64,000 bases of DNA from an uncultured bacterium (GCA_963702025.1 OY969699.1:480001-544000), one strand, 5' to 3'. Positions 48,153 to 58,848 are shown, counted from the first letter of the stretch. Notes: generated from the letters alone by a model not told the origin. Translations and numbers: made by a program.

Positions 48153-49157
48153 ATGGCAAAAAAAGGCCTCTTAAATAATTCAACCGTAGATCCTAATAAA
48201 ATTCTTCCTATGACCTATTTATGGGCGCGCCAACATTATAAAGATGGCGTTGCCAATAATTGGACCCCGGAAGAAGTTTCCATGCAACGTGACGTTGAGC
48301 ATTGGAAATCGCCGACGGTGTTAAGCGAAACCGAACGGCGTATGATTATTTATAATTTAGGGTTCTTTTCTACCGCAGAATCATTAACGGCAAATAATCT
48401 GGTATTGGCTGTTTACAAACATGTCACCAATCCTGAATGTCGCCAATATCTATTGCGCCAGGCTTTTGAGGAGGCAATACATACCGATACATTTATTTAT
48501 TGTTGTGATTCATTGGGCCTCAACCCTGATGATATTTATAATATGTATCAGACCATTCCTTCAATTAAGGAAAAAGATGATTTTGTTATTCAATTAACCA
48601 CTTCATTATTTGATCCATCATTTGCGCCCATTGGTGTTCCTAATATTCAGCAATTCTTGCATGATTTAATTGGTTATTATGTGATCATGGAAGGAATTTT
48701 CTTTTATGCCGGTTTTGCTATGATGCTCGCATTAAAACGGCAAGGTAAAATGATTGGCATTGGTGAGCAGTTTGAATATATTATGCGCGATGAGAGCCTT
48801 CATTTGGCTTTTGGGTGCGATTTAATCAACACCATTAAGGCTGAAAATCCGCAGGTATGGACACCGGAATTTCAAGAAGATATTGTTGAGCTGATTAAGC
48901 ACGCGGTAACGCTTGAAAAGAAATACGCTATTGATGCGTGCCCGCAGGGCGTTCTTGGCATTAATCCGGAACAGTTTTGTGAGTATGTTGAGTATATTGC
49001 CGATCGACGCTTGGAGCGGATCGATTTACCAAAAGTATACGGCACCATAAATCCATTCCCTTGGATGTCACAAGCGGTGGATTTGAATAAAGAGAAGAAT
49101 TTCTTTGAAACACGGGTAACCGAATACCAATCGGCCGGTTCATTGGAATGGGAATAA
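48153..49157 (+). CDS. nrdB: Ribonucleotide reductase beta subunit, class Ic (R2c, Mn/Fe)
   Basis: FFSTAES (Glu ligand), EEAIHTDTF (Phe at the radical-Tyr position), EGIFFY, RDESLH, NFFETRVTEY. Confidence 0.93.
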   Translation: MAKKGLLNNSTVDPNKILPMTYLWARQHYKDGVANNWTPEEVSMQRDVEHWKSPTVLSETERRMIIYNLGFFSTAESLTANNLVLAVYKHVTNPECRQYLLRQAFEEAIHTDTFIYCCDSLGLNPDDIYNMYQTIPSIKEKDDFVIQLTTSLFDPSFAPIGVPNIQQFLHDLIGYYVIMEGIFFYAGFAMMLALKRQGKMIGIGEQFEYIMRDESLHLAFGCDLINTIKAENPQVWTPEFQEDIVELIKHAVTLEKKYAIDACPQGVLGINPEQFCEYVEYIADRRLERIDLPKVYGTINPFPWMSQAVDLNKEKNFFETRVTEYQSAGSLEWE

Positions 49158-49182
49158 TTATTCTATTCTTCGATGGAATAAA

Positions 49183-49211
49183 AAAAGGGCAGCTTCTAAT
49201 GGCTGCCCTTT
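49183..49211. terminator. Bidirectional terminator
   Basis: AAAGGGCAGC/GCTGCCCTTT between convergent genes. Confidence 0.75.
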
Positions 49212-49228
49212 AGTCTTGTTTAAAAAAT

Positions 49229-49513
49229 TTACTTTTTATTATACCATTCCACGAGTGGGTTGATTACGGCATCTTTATATTGCCGTGCTGCAATGATGGA
49301 AACTGCTAAGCCTGCGATGGCTACATGTGGTCTATGTTTACAAAAATCAATAACAGTTTTACTATTTTGAATTGCCTGAATTATTAGTTCGCCGCCAATT
49401 AATGTAGTTACGGCACCAATTATGAGAGCTTTATCTTTTTGATCAAATGCTTTTGCCGGATTGATAGGGCAGAGTAAAAAAGCGCCGGTAAGTAGTAGAG
49501 TAATTTTTTTCAT
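49229..49513 (-). CDS. Small secreted/membrane protein
   Basis: Signal peptide plus hydrophobic segments. Confidence 0.6.
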   Translation of the reverse strand: MKKITLLLTGAFLLCPINPAKAFDQKDKALIIGAVTTLIGGELIIQAIQNSKTVIDFCKHRPHVAIAGLAVSIIAARQYKDAVINPLVEWYNKK

Positions 49514-49592
49514 AAAATTCCTTATATAAATGTAAATAGTTAGTTTATCGTTATTATGATACCGTTATTTATAAAAAGATAAACCAACTATT

Positions 49593-50357
49593 TTACTTAC
49601 CGCACACCGCTGGGCTTTCAAAAGCGACACCTAGCGAAATGAGATCCTGCTCAAGTTGTGCGGGATTTTTAAAATGAATACTGATAATCCCGGGAACTTT
49701 TTTTGCTCCTTCAGCATTTTCTAATTTATCATCGGTAAAGATGATATGGGTAAATTTGCCCGGAAATTGTTTGTTAATATAGGTAATTAAATTCTGATAA
49801 TATTCTGGTGATGGTTTTTGAAAAAAGGTGCCATCAGCTTTTTTATTGAGTTCATTTGTTGCAACAAAAAAGAAATTTCTAGAAAATTGCCCGGGCAAGG
49901 TTTTATTATCGACCAACCCCAAATAGGTGCTGGTGGTCATATTTGATGCCGCAACTATGCTATACCCATTTTTAGTTAATTTATTAATAATCAGCTTCGT
50001 GCCCTCAATTTGTGGTGCAGAGATTACTGCTTTCTGGAAGGCGAGCGCCTTCTCTTTTAACGCGGGGTATTCTTCAATTGTTTTAGTAATAATGGGAGAA
50101 GCATCGGAAAGATGGTATTTTTTCGCTGTTTCATCAATTGCTTGTGCCAATTCAGGATTCTCTTTAAGAATTTTTTTATATCCCGGTTCTCTGCCGGTCA
50201 GAACTACCTCATCAATATCAAAGGCAAAAATTGTTTTGGCCGGATCAAGATGAGCAATCGATGGGGTGAATATAATCGGTTGAAATTGCGGCTGTTCCAT
50301 GCCCATAACTGGCAGTGCGATGGCAAAAAGCAGACTTAATAATACTTTTCTAAACAT
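49593..50357 (-). CDS. Secreted HAD-superfamily phosphatase
   Basis: FDIDEV, SN, KP, FTDDKLEN. Confidence 0.8.
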   Translation of the reverse strand: MFRKVLLSLLFAIALPVMGMEQPQFQPIIFTPSIAHLDPAKTIFAFDIDEVVLTGREPGYKKILKENPELAQAIDETAKKYHLSDASPIITKTIEEYPALKEKALAFQKAVISAPQIEGTKLIINKLTKNGYSIVAASNMTTSTYLGLVDNKTLPGQFSRNFFFVATNELNKKADGTFFQKPSPEYYQNLITYINKQFPGKFTHIIFTDDKLENAEGAKKVPGIISIHFKNPAQLEQDLISLGVAFESPAVCGK

Positions 50358-50585
50358 ACATTACTCCACATAACATTATAAAAAATATATTAATTTCATA
50401 ATATCAAATAGTAAAATAATTTGTCAAGTTTCGCTGATTGCATTTTAACAATTAGTAGAAAGTTTCGATCATATTTTAGTCGTTAAAAAGCATGAGGAAT
50501 TAACCAAAAAATGCAGTTTATTGATTTTCATGTTTGTAATTTTTTAAAGTAACGATAGGGTTAGGAATTTTAAAAAGGGATACGT

Positions 50586-51527
50586 ATGAAAAAATTGATA
50601 TTGTTTGTTGCGGTATTCACTCTTTCTTCATTACAGGGTATGGAATTACAGCCAGCCGCATTTAAATCAAGTGTGTCAAGTCCAAACGCCTTAGAAAGTG
50701 GTAATGCGCAGAAAGAAAAAAATCGTGAGTCGATACAAAGTAATAATCCGCCGCTTAAACAAGAGCAGATTGCACTGGTAGAACAACAAAGTGGCAATAA
50801 GCACGAGTTTATTATTGTGCATTCTATAAAAGAGCTTGAAGAATTAGAAAAAGAGAATGAACAAAATAATAAATTGGCAGTAAATGATTCGCAAAAAAAA
50901 CGTTTGTCGGTTATTGTAATGTCGAATCTTGATATGGATCAAATTGCAAAATCTGAACAAAAATTGGATGCAATTTCTGAAAACCCCAGCGAAGAAGAAT
51001 TCATTGCATTTGCAGATTTTTTTCAACAATTTACCCATCGCAATGTGGCTCGAGTGCAAAAACCATTTGCTCAAAAAATAAAGGAGATACACCAAACGCC
51101 ACCCGATTCGCCAAAAATGTCTTCCGCGGAGTTAAGGAAATTAAAAGACGCGTATCTTGTATTTCAGCAAGTCTATAAGCAACAGCAGTCGACCAGTCGC
51201 GAGATAGAAACAGCACGGAATGATCAAGAAGTAAAAAGAAATAATCCTATTAATAACGATAATAAAAAAGCTCTCATTAACAAAGCGCGTACACCCAACA
51301 AACCCGATGAATGGCTTACCAATCATCCGCAGCTCAGGGAATGCGTTTCAGTATTAGAAGATGTTGCTGGCCAATTAATAGATCAGGAGCTTGAGACCAC
51401 TACTAATGATCTTGCCGCATCGAAAACAACGCAAAAAAAGACAGTTTGGGGTGGCATTGGCGCTACGTTACTCACCAGTGGCGTTACCGCATTAATTACT
51501 TGGTTAGGCACCAAAAAGAGCTGTTAA
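50586..51527 (+). CDS. Secreted hypothetical protein with C-terminal TM helix
   Basis: Signal peptide QG-ME; C-terminal hydrophobic helix. Confidence 0.7.
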   Translation: MKKLILFVAVFTLSSLQGMELQPAAFKSSVSSPNALESGNAQKEKNRESIQSNNPPLKQEQIALVEQQSGNKHEFIIVHSIKELEELEKENEQNNKLAVNDSQKKRLSVIVMSNLDMDQIAKSEQKLDAISENPSEEEFIAFADFFQQFTHRNVARVQKPFAQKIKEIHQTPPDSPKMSSAELRKLKDAYLVFQQVYKQQQSTSREIETARNDQEVKRNNPINNDNKKALINKARTPNKPDEWLTNHPQLRECVSVLEDVAGQLIDQELETTTNDLAASKTTQKKTVWGGIGATLLTSGVTALITWLGTKKSC

Positions 51528-51941
51528 TTACAGATCAAAAGTTTCAATAATGATCTGCTTAAGTTGGTGCTTATTGTGATGGCCGGGAAAGCGGGCAATA
51601 GGTTGTCCATCAACAAATAATATGATGGTGGGAAGACTGCGAATATTAAATTCATGAGAAAGATCCCAATGCTTTTCAGTATCCACCTTCACAAATAAAA
51701 TGTCGGCCAATTCTCTGTCTTGCGCCAGGGCATCAAACACTTTATGCATCGCAAGGCAGGGATGGCACCAATCAGCGTAAAAATCAACTACGGCAAGATC
51801 ATACCGCGTTACCATTTCGTGGAAGTTTTTGGCGTTGCCGGGCGTGTAAAGTTGACCTCTGGTGATGATCTGACCGGTAGAAAATGCCAAAGTGGTAGCG
51901 GTAAGTACAAGAATAAAAAAAAGATTTCGTAGAGCGCTCAT
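51528..51941 (-). CDS. Thioredoxin with signal peptide
   Basis: DFYADWCHPC, SLPT. Confidence 0.88.
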   Translation of the reverse strand: MSALRNLFFILVLTATTLAFSTGQIITRGQLYTPGNAKNFHEMVTRYDLAVVDFYADWCHPCLAMHKVFDALAQDRELADILFVKVDTEKHWDLSHEFNIRSLPTIILFVDGQPIARFPGHHNKHQLKQIIIETFDL

Positions 51942-52038
51942 TACGTTCTCCTCGATTAACGATTCTTGTAGATACTAACTATTTATTAGTATGAAGGGGA
52001 AGAAAATTTCATTTGATTTAGCATGAACTGAGAAAAAG

Positions 52039-52992
52039 TTATCTTTTTATATAACTTTTTTTATTCTTAATTGCTTCAGCAAGAATAGCCGACGATGGTT
52101 GACATTGCGCGAGAATTGCGCGCCCTTTGGCAGCGAGCGCTTTGTTGTAGGGCAGATTATATTTTTCATAAAAAGCATGAACCGTATTTAAATAGATATC
52201 AGCGTCAATATCTTCTAATAAATAAGCATGTTCGCCATGATCCAATAAAATAAGATAGACATGCTCATGCCCGGTTTCAATAAGTTTTTGATAAATAGAG
52301 GCACTATTGGCAGCCGGGATCAATGCATCTTTGAATGAAGCAATGATTAAAATTGGTAAATCTTTGGCAATTTTATCTACTACCATAATGGGGCTGATGC
52401 CATTCGGATCGAATCTTCCAAAGAGTACATTTGGTGATGTATAAACTAATGATGGCACAAATCGGAGCCAGAACTGATTGCAATGCGTATCCAATGTGTT
52501 GATAACCGAATCAAATGGTGACTCAACAACTGCGGCAACCACGTTTGTTGGTTGTTTGGTACCCAAGAAGGTCAAGATGGTGGATGCGCCGCGTGACATA
52601 CCCATTAATATTGTTTTATAATTCGTAATTTTTCCATTGGCATAAGCAAGTGTTGCTATCTCATTTTCCTGCCCCAAACTCGTCTTGCTGGGATCAAAGC
52701 CATATTGGGCATCCGGATAATTAAAGGTATGTAGCGGTTGTTGTATGATCCATAAGCGTGCATCATTCTCATCTTCAAAGGTCCAAAAATGGTGGAGGCC
52801 AGCCGTTTTTTTGCCTGCCAATCTTAAGGTGTCATCACTAATTAATTCAGATGGCTTGCGAATATTTTCATAATAATAGGCCAATGAGGAATTTGCATAC
52901 AGCCCATGGGAAAACAAATAGACTATATCATTACAATATACTGGAGAGCCAAAATAGCCAAGGATGCACCAAATGAGAATGCTTTTTTTCAT
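52039..52992 (-). CDS. Secreted alpha/beta hydrolase
   Basis: SHG, GMSRG, D..IP, GEH. Confidence 0.8.
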   Translation of the reverse strand: MKKSILIWCILGYFGSPVYCNDIVYLFSHGLYANSSLAYYYENIRKPSELISDDTLRLAGKKTAGLHHFWTFEDENDARLWIIQQPLHTFNYPDAQYGFDPSKTSLGQENEIATLAYANGKITNYKTILMGMSRGASTILTFLGTKQPTNVVAAVVESPFDSVINTLDTHCNQFWLRFVPSLVYTSPNVLFGRFDPNGISPIMVVDKIAKDLPILIIASFKDALIPAANSASIYQKLIETGHEHVYLILLDHGEHAYLLEDIDADIYLNTVHAFYEKYNLPYNKALAAKGRAILAQCQPSSAILAEAIKNKKSYIKR

Positions 52993-53768
52993 AGAATCAT
53001 TTCCTTTTTCAAATCAATGGTAAATGATACAGTTTTGCCGCTTTCTATTTCAAGTAAATCAAGTTCAAAAATTGGTTGATACGATTTATAACTCACAAAG
53101 ATAAGCTTTTGCGCAATGCTGCCCGGCTTGATTGTTATCGGTGCCGTAAGCGATTTTTCCAAAAGATCTTTATCGATGAGTTGGTTAGTGGAGCGCGCGC
53201 TTGTTCCTTGATGGTAGCTGAGTGCCGGTGATCCTATTGCAAGAAATCCTGCAAGCCCTAGAGATGCATAACCGGCTTTAACTGCAGCGGGTATTGCGCC
53301 GATAGCGCCGAGAATAGTTAAATAGGCTGCGCCCAGAAATGCTACGGTAGTGCCAAGGGCGCCCAATACTAAAGGCGTTAAAATGCGGCGCGCAGTATGG
53401 GAATATAATCGCGAGGCAACAACGCCGGGATTCAATATTTTTAAAGAGATATGGGCAGGATCAAGAATAACCGCCCCTTTGCCATTATTTTCTATTTGAA
53501 TATATATAGGGCAAATTGCTTTGCGTTTACGCACAAGGCGCCCGCCACGACCATCAAAAAACTGATCAGCTTCTTTTTTTGTTATTTGTTTGACACTGAG
53601 GTTGATGCCATTTTTGTTTGAGTTAAGACTTTTATTGGGCTGGGTTTCATAGAGACTTTTTGGGGCGTAACTTGGTTGTTTACAACCTGGCAGCACTGCT
53701 AAGAGGCAGATTGCCGGCAGCAGAAATATGGTGGAAACAGATGAATAACGCATAACCCCTCCCTGCAA
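52989..53768 (-). CDS. Putative lipoprotein with central hydrophobic hairpin
   Basis: LPGC lipobox. Confidence 0.65.
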   Translation of the reverse strand: MQGGVMRYSSVSTIFLLPAICLLAVLPGCKQPSYAPKSLYETQPNKSLNSNKNGINLSVKQITKKEADQFFDGRGGRLVRKRKAICPIYIQIENNGKGAVILDPAHISLKILNPGVVASRLYSHTARRILTPLVLGALGTTVAFLGAAYLTILGAIGAIPAAVKAGYASLGLAGFLAIGSPALSYHQGTSARSTNQLIDKDLLEKSLTAPITIKPGSIAQKLIFVSYKSYQPIFELDLLEIESGKTVSFTIDLKKEMIL

Positions 53769-53976
53769 ATAGCAAAACGATCAGCAGGTTTTTAGACAAC
53801 TTTATGATACATTTTATTTTACTTTACCTGATACGATTGTCAATTTAAAATATTAAAATCTAATCAATTAGAAAATTTATATTCTTGCAAAATAGTATTC
53901 AAATAGTAACGTTTAATGAAACTATGGTATTCTCTGTAGTATCATTATATGTTCTGTAAATAAAAAAGAGTTTTCT

Positions 53977-55290
53977 ATGGATTTTCTATCTTTTTCATTT
54001 GAGCATGCAATTGTTTCTAATCAAGACCTCCAAAAGATGGCAGGTGTCTTGTTACCGGCAATAAAAAAATTAAAGGCGGCTCGTACTCAAAAAGATTTTA
54101 AACATTCGGACGAATCTATAAATCTTCCTTTTGATGTGCAGGGGCTACAAAGAGTGCGTCAATTGGCCGAGGAAAAAAAGGGCTTAAACATCACCGCATT
54201 GTTTGTAGTGGGAATTGGCGGATCAAATTTGGGCTCGCAAGCAGTCTATCAAGCACTTTTTGGCAGGGAGTGTTATGTTCAGTATCCGCTTTATTTTGCT
54301 GACACCGTTGATGCGGATCTAATTGCCCGTTTGCTCGAGCTCATGCGCACATTGCTGGACAATAAAAAACGGGTGTTGGTGTGCGTTATTACCAAGTCAG
54401 GAACCACCACTGAAACGATTGCCAACTACGAATGTTTTTTAAGCGTGTTACAACACTATTATCCTGAACGCTGGCAAGACTTTGTTGTTGCCATCACTGA
54501 TGAAAATTCCAAGTTGTGGCATCTTGCGCTAAAAGAAAAAATAAGTGTGCTTGCTGTGCCGGCTCTTGTTGGCGGGCGCTATAGCGTGTTGAGTGCTGTT
54601 GGTCTTTTTCCACTTGCGTGTGCCGGAATAGATATAGAAAAATTTTTTGCCGGAGCACGCGAAGCGGTGCAAAATTGCCTTGGCGAGGATATTATGACTA
54701 ATCCCGCAGCACACAGTGCTACAATTATTGCGCATTTTTATAAAAAGGGCATTGCGATACATGATCTGTTTCTTTTTAGTGTTGATCTGGAAGGAATAGG
54801 AAAATGGTATCGGCAATTGATGGGAGAAAGTATTGGCAAGGAGTTTGATATCCATGGGAATAAAAAATATATTGGCATAACCCCAACCGTATCACTGGGA
54901 AGTACTGATTTGCATTCGGTAGGGCAACTGTATCTTGGTGGCCCTAAAGACAAATTGACAACTATGGTACAGGTAAAAAAATTGAATCGCACCGTCACCG
55001 TTCCGCACATGCAAGCGTATGAGTCTCTTGTGCCGCATATTCAAGGCAAACAGTTGCAAACCATAATGGAAGCTATAATTGTTGGTGTGCAACGGGCCTA
55101 TCAAAAGGCAGACAGACCGTTTATGATGGTAACGTTACCGGAAAAAAATGCTTTTTATATTGGACAGTTTTTGCAATGTAAAATGATAGAAATGATGTAT
55201 ATTGGCGCACTGCTCGAAGTGAATCCCTTCGACCAGCCGCAGGTTGAATTATATAAACAAGAGACACGAGAGATTTTGGCTTATGAATGA
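53977..55290 (+). CDS. pgi: Glucose-6-phosphate isomerase
   Basis: GIGGS, KSGTTTE, VGGRYS, GESIGK, DLHSVGQ, FDQPQVE. Confidence 0.95.
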   Translation: MDFLSFSFEHAIVSNQDLQKMAGVLLPAIKKLKAARTQKDFKHSDESINLPFDVQGLQRVRQLAEEKKGLNITALFVVGIGGSNLGSQAVYQALFGRECYVQYPLYFADTVDADLIARLLELMRTLLDNKKRVLVCVITKSGTTTETIANYECFLSVLQHYYPERWQDFVVAITDENSKLWHLALKEKISVLAVPALVGGRYSVLSAVGLFPLACAGIDIEKFFAGAREAVQNCLGEDIMTNPAAHSATIIAHFYKKGIAIHDLFLFSVDLEGIGKWYRQLMGESIGKEFDIHGNKKYIGITPTVSLGSTDLHSVGQLYLGGPKDKLTTMVQVKKLNRTVTVPHMQAYESLVPHIQGKQLQTIMEAIIVGVQRAYQKADRPFMMVTLPEKNAFYIGQFLQCKMIEMMYIGALLEVNPFDQPQVELYKQETREILAYE

Positions 55291-56671
55291 TTGTGCAATT
55301 ATTGTTTTGGGAGCAAGTGGTGATCTAAGCAAACGTAAAATTATGCCGGCGCTGTATCACCTGTTTGCGCAGAATAAATTAGGAAATTCTGTTATCATTG
55401 GTGCGGCACTGGATGATATTACCGCGCAGCAATTACTTGAACGCGCAAAGCCGTTTATAAAAAAAATTGATCAAAGTGTATGGCAGCAGTTTGCGCAGCG
55501 GGTGAGTTATCGTCCAATAGATTTTCACCATGAATCTGATTTTAGTGCACTTGCAAAAGAATTGGAAAAAATAGAAAAGAAAGCGGGATTGGCGGGCAAT
55601 AGGATTGTGTATTGCGCTACGGCTCCTTATTTTTACTGTATGATTACGCAATATGTGGCAACTTCTGGGTTAATTCAAAAAGGTAAGCAACAAAAAATTG
55701 TGTATGAAAAACCGTTTGGCCATGATCTGCAATCTGCACATGAGATTAACCAATGCATAGCGCGGCACTTTGATGAATCTCAAATTTTTCGTATTGACCA
55801 TTATCTCACCAAAGAACTCGTTGGCAATATTGCCTTGGTGCGATTCACTAATATCGTTTTTGAGCCATTATGGAACAATCGGTATATTGATCAAGTGCAA
55901 ATTGTGTTTGATGAAGAGCTGTGCTTGGATGGACGCGGAGCATTTTATGATAAATATGGTGCGCTTGCTGATGTGGTCCAAAATCATATGATGCAGTTGG
56001 TAGCACTAATTGGTATGGAAGCACCCGAAAGATTGACCGGTGATTTTATTCGCGCCGAGCGTGCAAAAGTGTTGCAGAAAGTGAAGGTGATAGATGCCGT
56101 GTTGGGGCAATACCAAGGGTATACCAAAGAAAAAGATGTTGGTTCGCATTCAAAAACAGAAACATTTGCGCAGGTATATTTGCGCATTGATAATCCGCGC
56201 TGGTCCGGTGTGCCATTTTATTTAAAAACGGGTAAATGTCTTGATAAAAAAGAGACTGCTATTTATATCAAATTTAAAAAAGTTGATTGTTTGCTTACTA
56301 ATGCATGCCCGAGCGAACCCAATTATTTAATGATTGCGATCAGTCCCACTCCGCTATTTGCGCTCATGCTCAATGAAAAAAAACCGGGCAAATCGGATGA
56401 GGTGATGCCGGTTCAAATGAGATTCGCGCATCAAGCCACGCAAGAAAATCCCGAAGCATACGAAACACTTTTTGAAGAAATTATTAAAGGCGAACAATCA
56501 GTTTCGGTGCGTTTTGATGAGATCGAATACGCATGGAAAATTGTTGATGCAATTCGCGCGCTCAAACCCGATCTTTTTATCTATGAAAAACGCTCAACGG
56601 GGCCAAAAGAAGCGGAACAAAAATTTGATAAAAAACATGGCATGCGGTGGACAAATTTGCCAAAGATGTAA
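55283..56671 (+). CDS. zwf: Glucose-6-phosphate 1-dehydrogenase
   Basis: GASGDL, EKPFG, RIDHYLTK, DVVQNH. Confidence 0.95.
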   Translation: MNDCAIIVLGASGDLSKRKIMPALYHLFAQNKLGNSVIIGAALDDITAQQLLERAKPFIKKIDQSVWQQFAQRVSYRPIDFHHESDFSALAKELEKIEKKAGLAGNRIVYCATAPYFYCMITQYVATSGLIQKGKQQKIVYEKPFGHDLQSAHEINQCIARHFDESQIFRIDHYLTKELVGNIALVRFTNIVFEPLWNNRYIDQVQIVFDEELCLDGRGAFYDKYGALADVVQNHMMQLVALIGMEAPERLTGDFIRAERAKVLQKVKVIDAVLGQYQGYTKEKDVGSHSKTETFAQVYLRIDNPRWSGVPFYLKTGKCLDKKETAIYIKFKKVDCLLTNACPSEPNYLMIAISPTPLFALMLNEKKPGKSDEVMPVQMRFAHQATQENPEAYETLFEEIIKGEQSVSVRFDEIEYAWKIVDAIRALKPDLFIYEKRSTGPKEAEQKFDKKHGMRWTNLPKM

Positions 56672-56685
56672 TGCAAGGAGAGATT

Positions 56686-57594
56686 ATGAAATTAGCGGTT
56701 ATTGGTTTGGGCCGCATGGGCGCAGCAATTGCACATCGGGTGAGAAATGCTGGCTACTGTGTGCTCGGATATGATCCGGATCTTCATGCGCAAAAAGAGG
56801 TGGCGCAGTTTGGCGTAGAGATTTATCAGACGGTTGATGAACTTGCCAAAGAAGCGGATGTGGTGTGGCTCATGGTGCCTGCAGGAAAAATTGTTGATCA
56901 AGCTATTGCGCATCTTACCACCACTTTAAAACGGGGTAGCATAATCATTGATGGTGGCAATTGTCTTTTTACCGATTCTATACGCCGCGCCAAAGAATTA
57001 AGTGTGCGCGGATTTTCTTATCTTGATTGCGGCACATCCGGTGGCATTCATGGCCAAAAAAATGGCTTTTGTTTGATGGTTGGCGGCGAGTTTGCCGCCT
57101 ATCAAAAAGTTGAACCGTTGTTGAAAGTTATCGCAGCACCGCATGGCTATGGCTATATGGGCCCATCGGGCGCGGGGCATTATGTCAAGATGATTCACAA
57201 TGGTATTGAATACGGATTGCTTGAAGCATATGCGGAAGGATTTCATCTCCTGCGCGATGGCACATATAAAGAATTGGATTTAGAAAAAATTGCAAATGTG
57301 TGGTTGCATGGCAGCGTGATCCGTTCCTGGCTGCTAGAACTGGCCTATGATGTTTTTAAACAGGACCAACATTTGGGCAGCATTGATGGTAAAATACAAG
57401 AGGGCGGCACCGGATTGTGGACGGTAGAAAATGCACATAAAAACAATGTTCCGGTTCCAGTGATAGAAAAATCTCTTGAAGTGCGCAAAGAATCACGCGA
57501 GACCGGTGGCAATTTTGCTACCAAACTTATCCAGATGCTGCGCAATCAATTTGGCGGGCATAAAGTTGAGATTAAAAGAGAAAATGAATTATGA
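56686..57594 (+). CDS. gnd: 6-phosphogluconate dehydrogenase (short form)
   Basis: GLGRMG, MVPAG, DGGN, GTSGG, KMIHNGIEY, RNQFGGH. Confidence 0.95.
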   Translation: MKLAVIGLGRMGAAIAHRVRNAGYCVLGYDPDLHAQKEVAQFGVEIYQTVDELAKEADVVWLMVPAGKIVDQAIAHLTTTLKRGSIIIDGGNCLFTDSIRRAKELSVRGFSYLDCGTSGGIHGQKNGFCLMVGGEFAAYQKVEPLLKVIAAPHGYGYMGPSGAGHYVKMIHNGIEYGLLEAYAEGFHLLRDGTYKELDLEKIANVWLHGSVIRSWLLELAYDVFKQDQHLGSIDGKIQEGGTGLWTVENAHKNNVPVPVIEKSLEVRKESRETGGNFATKLIQMLRNQFGGHKVEIKRENEL

Positions 57595-57650
57595 AAATTT
57601 ATGATATTAGTTGCTCCATTATAATAAATACGAGGACTCAAAATGATTAA
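57591..57650 (+). pseudogene. Relic 5' end of the cyclase gene (19-aa mini-ORF MKIYDISCSII...)
   Basis: 26/31 nt identical to 58204-58234; ATGA overlap with the gnd stop. Confidence 0.65.
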
Positions 57651-58194
57651 ACATACTTTTTTGATCTTTATTTGTTCTATTAATACAGTAACTGCTGCTA
57701 TTTCTATTCAGAAGCCTGAGGTTGCAGATCTTGCAAAAGTAAAAGAATTAATGCGAATTGTTTGGTTTGAGACCTATACCAAATTTTATTCTCCAAAAGT
57801 CGTTGAGCAAGTTACTGAGGCTCAGACTATTGAATATTTACAATATCAATTGGAAGATGAAAGCCATCATTTTTTAGTAGCAAAAAAGAATGACCAAATT
57901 GTTGGTGTAATTACCAGTCAGCGGCAATCGCCTGAAGTTGCCAAAGTTATTCGATTATATATTCATCCTGATCATCGATCATTAGGTATAGGAGCAATGC
58001 TTTTAAAAGCCACTATGGAATATTTTGAAGATGTAAAAGAAATCAATATTCCTGTGAAAGAAAAAAATGAACGGGCGATTGCCTTTTACTCGCGGCATGG
58101 ATTCCAGCAGGTAGCCAAAGAAAATCATGACCTTTTTGATGAAACAGCAGTAAATGTAATTTTGCAAAAAAAAATTAGAACCGAAAATCATTAG
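57643..58194 (+). CDS. GNAT acetyltransferase with signal-peptide-like N-terminus
   Basis: RLYIHPDHRSLGIG, NERAIAFYSRHGF. Confidence 0.88.
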   Translation: MIKHTFLIFICSINTVTAAISIQKPEVADLAKVKELMRIVWFETYTKFYSPKVVEQVTEAQTIEYLQYQLEDESHHFLVAKKNDQIVGVITSQRQSPEVAKVIRLYIHPDHRSLGIGAMLLKATMEYFEDVKEINIPVKEKNERAIAFYSRHGFQQVAKENHDLFDETAVNVILQKKIRTENH

Positions 58195-58203
58195 GATTCT
58201 ACC

Positions 58204-58830
58204 TTGAAAATTTATGATATCAGTTGGCCGATTAGCACAGCAACAACCGGCTATAAAGATAGAAAAGTGCTGAGTTTAGAATCAACAAGATCATTTGAGA
58301 AAGATGGTTTTCGTGAAACAAAAATAACTATTGATTCCCATACTGGCACGCATATTGATGCGCCTGCCCATTTTTTACGTGATGGCAAAACCATTGATCA
58401 GCTTGATTTATCTTCAGTTGTTGGGCCCTGTATTGTTATTGATATGTCGGTGGTATCTGATGGCATCACTCGTGATCATTTAGAAAATCTACAAATCAAT
58501 CCCGGCGATATTGTGCTGTTCAAAACGGTTAATAGCGTTACGCAAGCGACCGATAAATTTACGCCCCATTTTATTTATTTGCAATTTTCCGGGGCGCAGT
58601 ATTTGGTTGAACGCAAGGTGCGGGCCGTTGGGATTGATTATTTGGGCATTGAGCGGAGCCAGCCGGATCATTTGACGCATCATGAATTATTTACCCATAA
58701 TATTACCATTATTGAAGGTCTGCGTTTGCAAGCAGTAAAACCGGGAAAATACTTTCTGTGCTGTTTGCCGCTCAATATCCTTGGCATTGATGCAGCGCCG
58801 GCCCGAGCAGTGCTCATTGAGGGTATTTAG
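58204..58830 (+). CDS. Cyclase-family (kynurenine formamidase-like) metal hydrolase
   Basis: HTGTHIDAPAH, GIDYL, IIEGL, APARA. Confidence 0.9.
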   Translation: MKIYDISWPISTATTGYKDRKVLSLESTRSFEKDGFRETKITIDSHTGTHIDAPAHFLRDGKTIDQLDLSSVVGPCIVIDMSVVSDGITRDHLENLQINPGDIVLFKTVNSVTQATDKFTPHFIYLQFSGAQYLVERKVRAVGIDYLGIERSQPDHLTHHELFTHNITIIEGLRLQAVKPGKYFLCCLPLNILGIDAAPARAVLIEGI

Positions 58831-58848
58831 CACTCTGTGAAGATTGCA

